Shown: positions 24,934 to 36,462 of the stretch, one piece after another | How the letters are laid out: each line of letters starts with the position of its first letter | Position numbering within the stretch: the stretch's first letter is position 1 | Assembly: GCF_037042905.1 (NCBI RefSeq) | Contig: NC_087245.1 | Location: forward strand, 14,756,001 to 14,820,000 | Length of the DNA: 64,000 bases | From: Lytechinus pictus | Lineage: Eukaryota | Reading direction: 5' to 3' | Notes under the pieces: generated by a model | What the model saw: only the letters and a program-made list of their open reading frames with translations | What the model was told of the DNA's origin: nothing | Databases searched by the model: none | Position numbers and translations under genes: made by a program

Positions 24934-27900
24934 AAAATTCTGAAAAATTTGTTTTTTAACACATTTCAGAAACATATTAATTTTAAACACATTTGTGTAT
25001 CAAACAATTTAATTTAAAGGCATTTTATATATTTCATGCACCTGATTTTTGCAAACCCCTCCCCAGTGTGTGAATCTATAAAATTCTCAAGTGTTCTTTT
25101 TTAGAGAATCATTCACAGCACATTAAATTATGTGTATGGTGCTTTATATGACATGGGGCTTGTAATTTGATTTCTTCCAGTTGAAAAATATATTTGTTTT
25201 GGAATTTTCTTCTCTAAGTTTTCTTCCATTATATTCATTTTTGTTTAAGTTTGAATGTCAGTGTTTTTAAGCAATATTGATAATACACTGGTGTCTTCAA
25301 ATTGAAATCCTGTGTTTTCCTTTTTATTATCATGTATAATACTAGAAAGACACATTCCCATCCAAACCATTGTTCTTACTACATTGTTTTGCTTTTTTTT
25401 TTATTACACTTATAGCTTTCATTCCAGATCTTGTGTATAATTATGTTCCTGTATTTTTTTTTTACTTCAATTTTTGTGATTCTTGAAAATGTATCATCCC
25501 ATGTATGAACTCCGTCCATTTCATATTTGGGTCTTATGTCACAATATTATCATGTGGTTAACACCGTCCATACTGTTTGTACTGGTATTCAAGATGTATA
25601 ATGTTTTAGAAATTGTTTGCTAAATATGTAATGTGAATCGATGAAGTATTGATGTAGCATATTATATGAATCCATATTTAAATATCATGTTTGTTGGTAA
25701 ATTCAATTTGAAAAAGATTTTGAAATTGATTTATTCTTTTCTTTTGTTGTTGAAACATTGTGTACTTTACAAAGATTTGGTTGTTGGGTTGGTAAAGCTG
25801 CTTGAAGAGAGAGCTTGAATGATACTGCAAGAAAAGAAAAGGAAGTTGGAGATGCAAGAGATTAAGAAAATGTCTTGTGCTTATGTGTGATAGAGATACC
25901 GAGAATGTAATTGTTCTGTAGAAACGGAGGGCGCTAAACGACGGAGATACAAAGATTTGATAAAGTAAGGGGAGGGAGAAGGGCAGTGGGTAATATTCAT
26001 CAGATAAAGAAACCAGAGAAAAAAAAGGTCAGAACTTACAACGAAAATCTAAAAAGTGTGCCAGCAATTTATGCCATTGGCCTAAAAAGAAGAAGACCAA
26101 CGCCCATTATCACAGGGGCACTTGTTGACCAGTGTAAGCAGGTTGTCGGATGACTCGGTCTTGTATCATCAAAATAAATACAACGAATTTCTTTGAATAT
26201 CTGACCAACTGTACCTTGTAATATATTATCTACTTCAGTTTGTGTGTGTATATATATAAATATATATTGTTTTTTTTTGGTATATTACACCTTATCGAGG
26301 AATGTACTTTTCAAAGATTTTTCTTTCTATGCCAAGAAGAAAAGAATGATTTAACAATATTGATATATTATACCATCGTCAATGGAATCATTAATACATT
26401 TTATGTGCGATTCCTGTGATGTTTGGTCATGTAGGGGACACAATATATGATAAGAAGAATTAGGAAACAGAAAATCAAATAATACAACTCTAATAATGAA
26501 GGAAGAGAAAAAAAGGAAACCCTTTATTATGTATCACTAATTTTTACATGTTCATAGTTATTTTCTTGAGTAATTATGTAATATTAAATCTCCGTGAGTG
26601 CAAAATAGATAATGAAAACGATAATAACAACACAAAGTATAATAATAGATAATAATGATAGTAATTATTATCATAATTATAATATGATGAACCCGTCAAC
26701 TTACTATAACTATATACAAATTCTATCGTTTGAACATGATCAATAATTTATTATCATACCAAAATATAATTTAATTCAAATCAAACGTATTAGGCTCAGT
26801 TATTATTATACAAGTATCAACTTTATCAAACACTATATACAGTGGATTATTACTATCATTAATTTAAAAACAAAAATCAAGATACCAAATGAATTGAAAT
26901 ATTCATAAGATGATAAAAGGCATACAATCACCAAAGTTTTATAATAAAACTGTAAAGATAACGAACAACAAGTTTTTCAAAATGAGTATATATGCATATA
27001 TATATATAGACATTAAATACAAAGACCACCCGACAACAAGATCATATTGATACACAGATAAAATCAAATAAAAGCGTTCCACTAAAAATAATTAAATCTC
27101 ATGAAAATATAAAAGAAAGTTCTGACATTTAAAGGATTATTATCATACAAAATGGTTTAAAGCGCAACATATGTGCAAACGAGAGAGAGTATATAAATGA
27201 GACCACACGCTCGCTTTTTCATTTCATTTATAATGAATTTCATTTTTTTATATTTTGTACATCTCGATTGACTGATAACTAGTTGAAGTATAATGGTAAG
27301 TTCGCCTATTCACAGAGCGGTCAAAACCATATTTTACATCGAATAAAGAAAAACTAAACTATTTCATACCATAGAATACAAAAGGAATATTAAGCGTTTG
27401 CGCCAACTGTTCTCTCATTTCCTATTACCGCCAGAGTTATGCAAATTAGGCAAAATGTCATAACTTTCTTATTACATCCGAATTGGAAGATATTATATTG
27501 AGCTTGATCAATTTGTTCTATTTTTATTCCGATAGCTGTTGGGGTGGACTTGCCCTGTAAAAAGCATAATGAAATAGAGTTTATGATGGACACACATTTT
27601 CTGAATACATATTCAAACACATGGGTCAAAATACAGACGATAATCTCATGATGCAACAAATAATAAAGTTTATTGATCTAATACAAAACAACACACGAAA
27701 GAAATGAAAACGTTGAAACCAAAGAAAAGTGAAGTGTATTTTTATGTAAATGTGAATTTGATGTTTGTTTAATTGTATATTTACATGGAGTGTTTAGAAA
27801 AACAACTATATTATTCTGAATCATTTTAGAAATGGTTTGATCAAAATCTACATTCATATTTCTGCAATGTATTTTGCATTTAGAATGGAGCAAATTTGTA

Positions 27901-28040
27901 TTACTAAATAGAAATAATTACGATATCATATACATATCTTTTTTTAATCGCAAGGCAAGCCTGGTGACTCACTTTAGTTATTGAAAGCTCTTATTGATAT
28001 ATCTTGAATAAGGCTATTTGTTAGGAACATAAATATATAT

Positions 28041-28350
28041 GCCCGTATTCTAAAGTCGGGTTTTACTTAAACCCAGGTTTAAAGTTGTGGTTTAACTATG
28101 GAAAGCCATTTGTTACATAAATCTATAAGACTAGAGGTTCAATGTATCAGCTCATTTGACTCCCAAAACATTATTAACTGCCTGGAAAGGATAAGTATGA
28201 CAGTTGTCTTCACCATTAAATAATTAGTAAAGAACACAGTAAACATGAGAAGCATTCACTGTAAAAATTTTTTTGAAACGTTTGCCTTCCCATAATTTTA
28301 GCACAGAGTTAGACCACGGTCTAAGTTAAACCCGACTTTAGAATAAGGGC
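28041..28350. mobile_element. MITE (PIF/Harbinger-like) with ~35-bp TIRs
   Basis: GCCCGTATTCTAAAGTCGGGTTTTACTTA ... TAAGTTAAACCCGACTTTAGAATAAGGGC. Confidence 0.75.
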
Positions 28351-28631
28351 CATATAGAGTTGAAGCGCAAACAAATAAAATACAAATGTCTAAGAATGCC
28401 AATCTTTTTTATATCACCATTGGCCAGTCACCGTTACGATCAAATGCAACTCCCAATATCACTTGCAAATCAATTTTCAACCAATTATTAAATGCACGCA
28501 TAAACTACCTGCTCTTGAATTTTTTTACTTACGTTATACATCTTCCTATATACAACGGGCCCTATAGGGCATCATCTTACAGACAGTTACGATAGATTAA
28601 AACAAATTCAAATTGACAATTTTATCCATTC

Positions 28632-28806
28632 CTAATACATCGGTCACATTTGTTCTACGGCGGCCGTACGGCGCGGCGAGTCGAAAACAGTCGTTATAAC
28701 ATTTTTTGTACCAGCTAAATATAGGTGGTTTGAATAAAAATGAATAAAACGGCTGTTTTCGACTCGCCGTACGGCCGCCGTAGAGCAAATGTGACCAAGG
28801 TATTAG
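28632..28806. mobile_element. Fold-back MITE with ~70-bp TIRs
   Basis: CTAATACATCGGTCACATTTGTTCTACGGCGGCCGTACGGCG...GAGTCGAAAACAG versus CTGTTTTCGACTCGCCGTACGGCCGCCGTAGAGCAAATGTGACCAAGGTATTAG. Confidence 0.8.
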
Positions 28807-29966
28807 TGTTCACTAAACAATTATTTGTGATCCATCCCAGCATTTGAGTTTGATTTGATACGCCAGAACTCTTGGTGAGACAGGCACATTGATCACCATA
28901 ATCATTAAATACTAACTTGTAAACTTTCTCAGCAGCCATATCTACATTCTATTTCATATGCTAATTCTATCAAGCATAGCATGCAGTTTATATACATTAG
29001 TGCTGTAATTAAATTTTTTTTAAAGTACTTAGTTGTAAATCTTTACAATCTTCAATCTTGAAACAATCAAGTATTGGCATTACATATAACGTTACAGAAC
29101 AGATGAATATACAAGTTATTTTTGTATTTTTACAAGTAATTCAAGTCTATATCCATGCGTGTTAATCGGTGTTTTTTCGGGGGGGGGGCTAACACAAACT
29201 CTTTTCTCTGTAAGGGATTTTTTTTAAGTTTAGGAAGGGGACAATACTAATGAGTAAAAAAAAATTAAGGGGGGCAGATATGACGTAGAGGGCAAATTTA
29301 TTTTTAAAAGGTTTTAAAGCTGCGAGCGAGCTGTCTATATCAAATGTACATTAATTAACTAGCCTTCGCCGTAAAGTATTAAACCTTTTGCTCATGCACA
29401 AGGGCCAACAAATTTGAATATTCATTTATATCCAAATTTACTACTATGCTAGGAAGAAAATGCAAAGAGTGCCTGCTCCCCGTTATTAATTTTACTTTAA
29501 GGGACTCGTATTCCTATTATTGTAAGTCTATATGGACAATGCAAACATTAAATTCTTTTCTTTCTTTTTTTTTACTATTAGAGTACTTATTTAAATTTTT
29601 AAAATGTCAGTTAATCCTTTAAGATGAATTGTTGACGAGCACTCAAATATATTCTGCGAGATTCTTTCTTGTCATTTGATAGGTTGAGTCATAATTAAAA
29701 ATGATCCGAAACATATAAGGAAAAAAAATGTTTCTCAAATTCGGGGGTTGTGTTATTATGTAATATTGGAGATAGTCACCTGACCATTTCCAATCAAATG
29801 TCAATTATCTTGCTGTATGCACTGGACTGAGTCTCGGTTCATAAGATTTGTCATCAGAATGTTGTGTTATAAACAATGAAAATAACTGGTATCAACCAAT
29901 CACATTTAAACATTTCAGTAGCTTTCAACAGAGAAATCGGTACGATGTTCAAGTCAGTCACGACCT

Positions 29967-31013
29967 CAGGGGCGGCGATCCTGGGGGGGGGGGGGGGGGC
30001 GAGGGCACATTCCCCCAACTTTTTGAAGCACTGAAAAAGTGCCTTTTTACACAAGAAAAATGTCCCCTCATAAACGTGTACTGTGCCCCTTTCACCTGAG
30101 AAGGACCAGATTTATATGTTAGCAAGTGCCATTTCTCGTATCTGCAAATTTTTACCCCAAAATGCCCCCTCAGGAACGTAATTTCTTCCGCTTTTACCCG
30201 AGAAAGTGAGAGAAAGTGCCAAATTTTTCTCGTTAGTGCCCTTTCTCGAATCAGTGCCCCTTTTTACCCAAGAAATTACCCCTTTACCTAAAAAGGACCC
30301 GTTTTATGTTTGAGCAAGTGCACCTTGCCTTCTTGTAAGTGCCCTTTCTCGTATCAGTGCCCCTTTTTAACCAAGAAAAGTGCCCCTCACGAACGTGTTC
30401 TGCACCCCTTTTGTACTTGAGAAGGACCCGTTTTATGCCGTTTGCAAGTGCCCCTTGTCTTCTTATAGGTGCCCTTTCTCATATTTTCACCTGACAAGGG
30501 CCCATTTTTAACGAGTGCCCCTTTGAAACAAGAAAACAATATTCTAATTTTTATATTTTACTACTTATGAAGGAAAAAAAACTTGTAAGGAAAATCCTAC
30601 GTGCCTTATTAAAGTTTCATGAGTCATGTGAGTGGGGTAGATAAACATTGGCGTACATACGGGGGGGGGGTCTTGGGAGGCTCTTGCCCCTCTCCAAATT
30701 TTTCACGACCAGGACAAAAAAAAAGAGAATAGGAAAGAGAAATGGGTGAAATATGATATTATTTTCTGAATATTAGTTGTCAAAATCGATCACAAAATTG
30801 GATTTTCGTTATTAAAATGTCAACATTTTTGCTCGCTCGCTCGCAACCTCTCATAAATTTACGTGATACGACATATCTAGCCCCCTAATTTTTTTTAGCT
30901 CATTACACCACTGTAGATAATTCATTTTTTCTTTGTTTCAAGTGTCTTTTTCGAAAGAAAAGGTGCCCTTTTTCCCTGTGCCCCCCACTTTTAAGTTCGC
31001 TCCGCCGCCCCTG
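29967..31013. mobile_element. ~1.05-kb composite non-autonomous TIR element with internal GTGCCC-rich tandem repeats
   Basis: TIR CAGGGGCGGCG (29967) / CGCCGCCCCTG (ends 31013); degenerate AAGTGCCC(C/T)TT repeats at ~30035-30525; overlaps the 3' end of the TRIM ORF. Confidence 0.8.
30646..30913. mobile_element. Nested hAT-like MITE inside the 29967-31013 element
   Basis: TAGATAAA|CATTGGCGTA...TACACCACTG|TAGATAAT: 8-bp TSD with 1 mismatch and imperfect TIRs. Confidence 0.7.
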
Positions 31014-31767
31014 AGTCACGTTCCTCGCAAGCAAGTTCAACATCTTCAATAGCTTTGAGTAACTTGGTCAGACTCTCCTGATTCTCATTTATCTGCTTTT
31101 CTTTGGCATCATAGGCTTGTTTAGTCTCCTCCTGGACCTTATCCAGGGCCGCGTGGACACGAGCACGATGCTCTTCGATGTTCTTAATCCCGTTCGGGTT
31201 TTCCTTAATTTTGGCCATCGTGGCCCTGAACTGCTGCATGATGTCACCCACCTTCAGCCGCATGTCTTCCTCGATATCATCCACCGAAGGATTAACAAAG
31301 TTGATATTCTTGAGGAGCTCGTTCAACAGTTGTATCTCGTGGTCCATATACCCGGACTTCTTCTGATGGCTCTCCAAGCATTGCTTACACATGAACTTCT
31401 CACAATTTCTGCAGAGATACTTCGCCAGTACCTCAAGCTCGCAAGTATCGCATTTGACAGTCCGCTGCTGAGGTCGTCGCGACGGCCCTCCAGATTTTCC
31501 GTAGAGGCCGTATATGAAATCATTAAGGGCGTGGTTGGACAAGAGTGCATCCACTCGCTTCCTCTTCCAAGGTGTGAGCTTCCTACAGACCGGACACACA
31601 ATGTGATTGAGTTGATAGTTGGCCATGTCGTATCTTTTCAGACATCTTCGACAAAAGCTGTGACCACAACCGGTTAGGAGCGTGGCGTCTTTGAAGATAT
31701 CAAGGCACAGTGGACACGTCAGTCCCTTCGTATAGCTATCACTAGAACCCTGTTTGCGTTCCGCCAT
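30991..31767 (-). CDS. Intronless TRIM-like E3 ubiquitin ligase (RING + B-box + coiled coil), 258 aa, C-terminus altered by a transposon
   Basis: C3HC4 RING CPLCLDIFKDATLLTGCGHSFCRRC...CPVC; B-box1-type CDTC...YLCRNCEKFMCKQCLESH...H; then a heptad-rich helical region. The last residues (SGAAERT*) are read from the MITE terminus. Confidence 0.88.
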   Translation of the reverse strand: MAERKQGSSDSYTKGLTCPLCLDIFKDATLLTGCGHSFCRRCLKRYDMANYQLNHIVCPVCRKLTPWKRKRVDALLSNHALNDFIYGLYGKSGGPSRRPQQRTVKCDTCELEVLAKYLCRNCEKFMCKQCLESHQKKSGYMDHEIQLLNELLKNINFVNPSVDDIEEDMRLKVGDIMQQFRATMAKIKENPNGIKNIEEHRARVHAALDKVQEETKQAYDAKEKQINENQESLTKLLKAIEDVELACEERDSGAAERT

Positions 31768-31844
31768 GATGTATATACACGCTGTAACAACTTCTACTAT
31801 ATATTCAGGTGTTCAGATAGAAACACTGTTTTTACTATGAATCA

Positions 31845-31854
31845 GGGAATTCCC
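31845..31854. promoter_or_regulatory. NF-kB consensus site GGGAATTCCC
   Basis: Perfect palindromic kB motif (within CAGGGAATTCCCTG) 78 bp upstream of the TRIM ATG. Confidence 0.55.
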
Positions 31855-32164
31855 TGTTTGTGATTGCACAATCCAGATACGAACTTCACAGTGAAATACC
31901 TATAAACCTCAATAATAACTTATGAGAGATCACTCCGTCAATACTCTTCAGTATGTCCGACCGGGTAAACAGATAATGTATCAACAATGAAAGATCAGTG
32001 AATCGAAATCAAATATGCTGTTGAATAGGCCTTTTTTTCAACGAGAACACACATAAACAACCTTGAGTTATATTCTCCTGTATATACGTACTGCGCAATG
32101 TTGAACTTGTGAAATATACATTGAATGGTATGCGCACTTGACCCGGATCTGAATCTCATCGCTC

Positions 32165-32175
32165 GGGGATTCCCC
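32165..32175. promoter_or_regulatory. NF-kB (p50-type) site GGGGATTCCCC
   Basis: Canonical 11-bp kB motif ~400 bp upstream of the TRIM ATG, next to a TATA-like run at ~32204-32221. Confidence 0.55.
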
Positions 32176-33290
32176 TAAATTTCAATCGCACTGAACAGTG
32201 AACATATATATTTATATATAACTCACGGTATGTATTGGCAATTCGAGTTTTCACTTCATGCGTGAAATTTATGTTTCAATAATGATAATGATGATAATAA
32301 TGTTTATAAAAAAAACACAATCAGTGATGATGATGATGATGAAGATGGTGATGATAAATGAGTAAATTATACTTAGAGTAAAGATATCTTTTAAAATTTA
32401 CAGCTTTTTACTGCAGTATGTAAATCCACGATTTATGTCTTCATTTACTTGGATAAAATTAATAACGTTAGATTGTTTAAAACTACATTAAAGTAAGATA
32501 TCAATTATTAAGTATAATCAATTCTTTTTTTAAAATATAATTTACGTTATAATATAGCTAGCATATAAAAACTGATAGTAATGACATTTATTTTACCACC
32601 GCATATGATATTAGGACGGGTTGTTTTGTCCTTCACCAAACTGTATATTTTTTATTACTTTGTATTTATTTTGTGAGTATTTCCCTCTCATTTATTCATT
32701 CTTTTTTCATTTGATTATCTGTATTTATACTTTGTTATTTTGTTATTTGTTGTGTTATCTATTTCTTGAGGGGCCCACATTGTACAAGCATTGCTTTTTA
32801 GTGGGTCCCTCCATTTCCATCTAAATTTAATTTCTATTGAAAAATAGTATATATATTTAAAACCTACAATGTGTTGCCCAAATCGTCTAAGTGTTTTTTT
32901 TTTTTTCACTACATATGTATAATTAATTTTGTTTGCAACGGATACAAATATTTATGTTTTATATATGGTATACAATTTGTTTTTGTTTGATGGAAGTGAA
33001 ATAAATGAATTTGAATTTGAATTTGAATATTGATTGCATGGAAGAACAGTGCAATAATGGGAAAGCGGTATTTTTTTAATTCATAATTAGCAAATAAACA
33101 CTGTTGATTATCAACAATTATGCAGGGCAAATATAATACCAAGGTATTGGTATGTTTTGCATAAATCAACAACATTCTCTCCCTGTCTTTCTCTCTTTTC
33201 ACTCTCTCTCTCCTTTTGTCACTTTTATTCCCTTTATTTACCCTTTTCCTTCCCTCTTCTTTACATTTTTTTTTCTCTCTCTTACCCCGT

Positions 33291-33293
<3 letters not shown>

Positions 33294-33325
<32 letters not shown>
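33294..33325. repeat. (CT)n microsatellite within a pyrimidine tract
   Basis: Read directly from the sequence. Confidence 0.9.
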
Positions 33326-33330
<5 letters not shown>

Positions 33331-36060
33331 CCACCCATTCCCTTCAATTCTCTTATTACTCAATTACATTTAATCACCTTGTAAAAATATGGTAGATAGA
33401 TAAAACATTTCTGTTTAAGTACCACCCCCCCCCCCCGAATATCAGCACCACTGGTATAAGATATATTTCCAATTCATTTGTAATTGCAAATTATTCTACA
33501 AATAATCACACCCTGCTTTTCAGTCGAGTTTCCCAGTTTATTAGGAGATATTCGAGATTGGATGAGCGACTCCTTTCTCATCACCTAAGGATACTTATTG
33601 ACAGTTTCATTGTTAGACCAGCTGAATGTTCTCATTAAGATTTACTTAATCGGCATTGGATCTTGATTCAATCAAAATCGCATGGAATGTCCATCTATTA
33701 TAAGACCTTGCTTCAGGTACGCCAACAAAAGATGATATATGCACTGACATAGTAACGCATCTGGCTCGTTGCACAATCCATCGTAATTGCTTTCGTACTT
33801 CTTTTTAAGCCCCCACCTCCCAGTTACGGCCGCCATTACCTATATAGTGCACTGAAGTAAAATTCATCCAGAGTCGAAGCGCCATGGTGTTGTTGATTCT
33901 CTTCTCTTAATCAGAGAATAATTATTGTTGGTTCGATTTCTGCTCAAGGAATAAGGTAAAGCCTCTTTTTCATTTCGCAAAATGATGTTATTGCTTTGTC
34001 AGTTGATGGGAGGGTTTAGCTAAATTGAAATGCAGTTTTACGTTAATTTTCGTTTACCGTCTTGTGAAACAGTTTAAAAAAACGTCTTGAGTTGATTTCC
34101 GTTGTACCTGCAGTAAGTACACAGGGTTCCACAGATATTTTGTAAATACTTTTTCATCTTTTAATCAGTTTTGTTAATACACAACTTTGCATTGATGTGC
34201 TGTTATGTTAAACCCCTTTGATCTTTAATCAGATTTGTTCATACACAATAGACCAGTTCGTAGTTACTTCATGGACAATTTAGGTCAAATGACTTTTCAT
34301 TTCTTTCATTATGATAGGCAGATTTCAAAGCAAGTTATTACGTAAGCATGCCTTACATAGCAGGATGAAGAAATTGAATAGACCAGATGACTAGAATAGC
34401 ACTTCAATGAACACTTTATGAAAGTATTTGTTGCATTTCTACTTTGAATGCATATTATAGCATGTTGTACAATGTACCTGGCAAACTGTTTACCAGTCGT
34501 TCGTGGACACATTGTTTGTTTGTGGATGTAAATGAAAAACACAACTCAAAAGAATATATGAATAATCAAGACATAAAAGTTGGTGCTTATCTCATTAAAT
34601 TTTAAACCACCATGTCACTTTAGTACCAACGGCCTTCCTTTTATGATATTGCATTGCACTTCAAATTGCCGTTTTACATGTATGTCACATAATGACACAG
34701 TGGTTGCTAGACTTTGTGTCAATTGAAAGTTGAAAAAAGTGCAGCATAAAGTAGAGAAACTATCATGTATGCCAAGCGGCGAGTAACAAGATAAAAAGAT
34801 ACTGAATTAAACGTCGTGTATTATCAAATACATAATTTATACATATGCAAATGTGAGTTAAATATCGAAATATGCAATGAAATGGGGGGGGGGGGGACTA
34901 ATTCCCGAACGGAGTTTCAGCGAAAGATCATGTATGGTTTACGGTGTAGGCCTATACTTGATTGACCAGATAATCAAAACTACTAAGCTGGCATTTCTTA
35001 TAAATATGCCTATACAGCTTTAACCAAACCATATTTCTGACAGTAAACTATTTATAAATGTACATGGAATCATCTTAGCAGTTGAAAACATCATTATCAA
35101 ATTTGATATGCTTTGAAAACTTTGAAATGTAACAATTGAATTCGTAATCGTTATTGAACAAACAACATCTTCTATCCCTTCAAATTTAAATTATACTACT
35201 CGTTGAATTAAATGAATTATTTCATTCAAAATTATTTCCTTCATGCCTACCTAAGTGAAATATAGTGCAATATGTTCACATTTTTACAACTTGAATTTTT
35301 AATCAAATGTTGAAATGTCATCTACCATCTTTTCTATAAAAAAAATCATACAAAATATAGTATGTCTATTTTATGACTCCATATTATTGTGTTATCGAAG
35401 TTTCTTTTTTTTTCTCGAAAAACTGATAATTTCAATTTGGTAATATAGTTAGGGCCTAGTTAGTGTTCTTGACTCACCAAACAATCCAAGCGTCACTTAT
35501 ACCTCGTCTTCAATGTATTAGGTAACCTCAATTCATCCTTGTTAGTATCATAATGATAAAGATCTAACACTAATTTTGATTGCATTGTAAGTGTAGAATG
35601 TGAAATAATAGTTTTGAAATAAAAAAAAATGAGGGTTTGAAAGTTCAAATTAATTATTTCAGAACTTTGTATTTATAGTGAACAGATCATAAGTCGTAGA
35701 GTCCATTACACCACACAAAAACATTAATTTGTTTTACGACGTCAAATTACTATGATGAAATCTATCTAGGTTTTCACATCTTTAATTTGATGTGACCTGC
35801 TTCGAACCTATGGAAAAAATGTCATAATCAGAATAACAACAATGCTATGAAATAATAATCTAACTTAAAAATAATACTTCGATATTGGATATTTCAATAT
35901 TGATCACGTTACAATAAAGAGATCTATGCCGCCGTATGACTACACCAGATGACCAATTGAATTTAGTTTCATTGAGGATAATAGTATATTCTCCCTTATA
36001 GGTATAAAACCGAAATAATAATAAACTGGACAAAGATCGCGCCAAATCCAATACATACGT

Positions 36061-36185
36061 GGAGGTGCCGTGACCGAGTGGTCAAAGGCGCCCTGAAAGT
36101 CCGCGGTTCAGTCCCCGGCCACAGGCCCACAGCACCTATGCCCTTGAGCAAGGAATTTATACGACAGTGCTCTTTCATCCTCTTT
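36061..36185 (+). mobile_element. tRNA-derived SINE fragment
   Basis: A-box TGACCGAGTGG and B-box GGTTCAGTCCC, followed by a GCCCTTGAGCAAGG core-like motif. Confidence 0.65.
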
Positions 36186-36462
36186 TTAGTTGAAATGCTT
36201 TATGCATTCTTGGTAACTAGGTATGCTCATTGGTTTTTTTTAGAATAAAATATATTTAGAGAAAGTATTCGTAGCGACAGCATAGCAGTCATACGACAGT
36301 CCACAACAATCAGTATACTAAATTGCCTTTCCCCCGAACTGGAGGCTATTATTAAAGATAATTCATTATCAGTTTAATGTTCATCTCAAGTTAAAAACAT
36401 AAAAAAATAAAACACATGATTTCCCAAATCAAGATGTACAACGTGTGCGGTTGCTATCCATT

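Noticed and set aside
31117-31677. 186-aa plus-strand ORF
   Set aside because: Antisense shadow of the TRIM CDS with no recognisable motifs.
32909-33384. R/E/K-rich and L/S/F-rich ORFs (also 55495-55795, 59640-59968 and 61792-62019)
   Set aside because: Translations of purine/pyrimidine or (CAT)n simple repeats without splice or homology support.
34249-34915. Possible TIR element starting TAGACCAGTTCGTAGTTAC
   Set aside because: The right end (…TAATTCCCGAACGGAGT) is too degenerate and no TSD could be defined.
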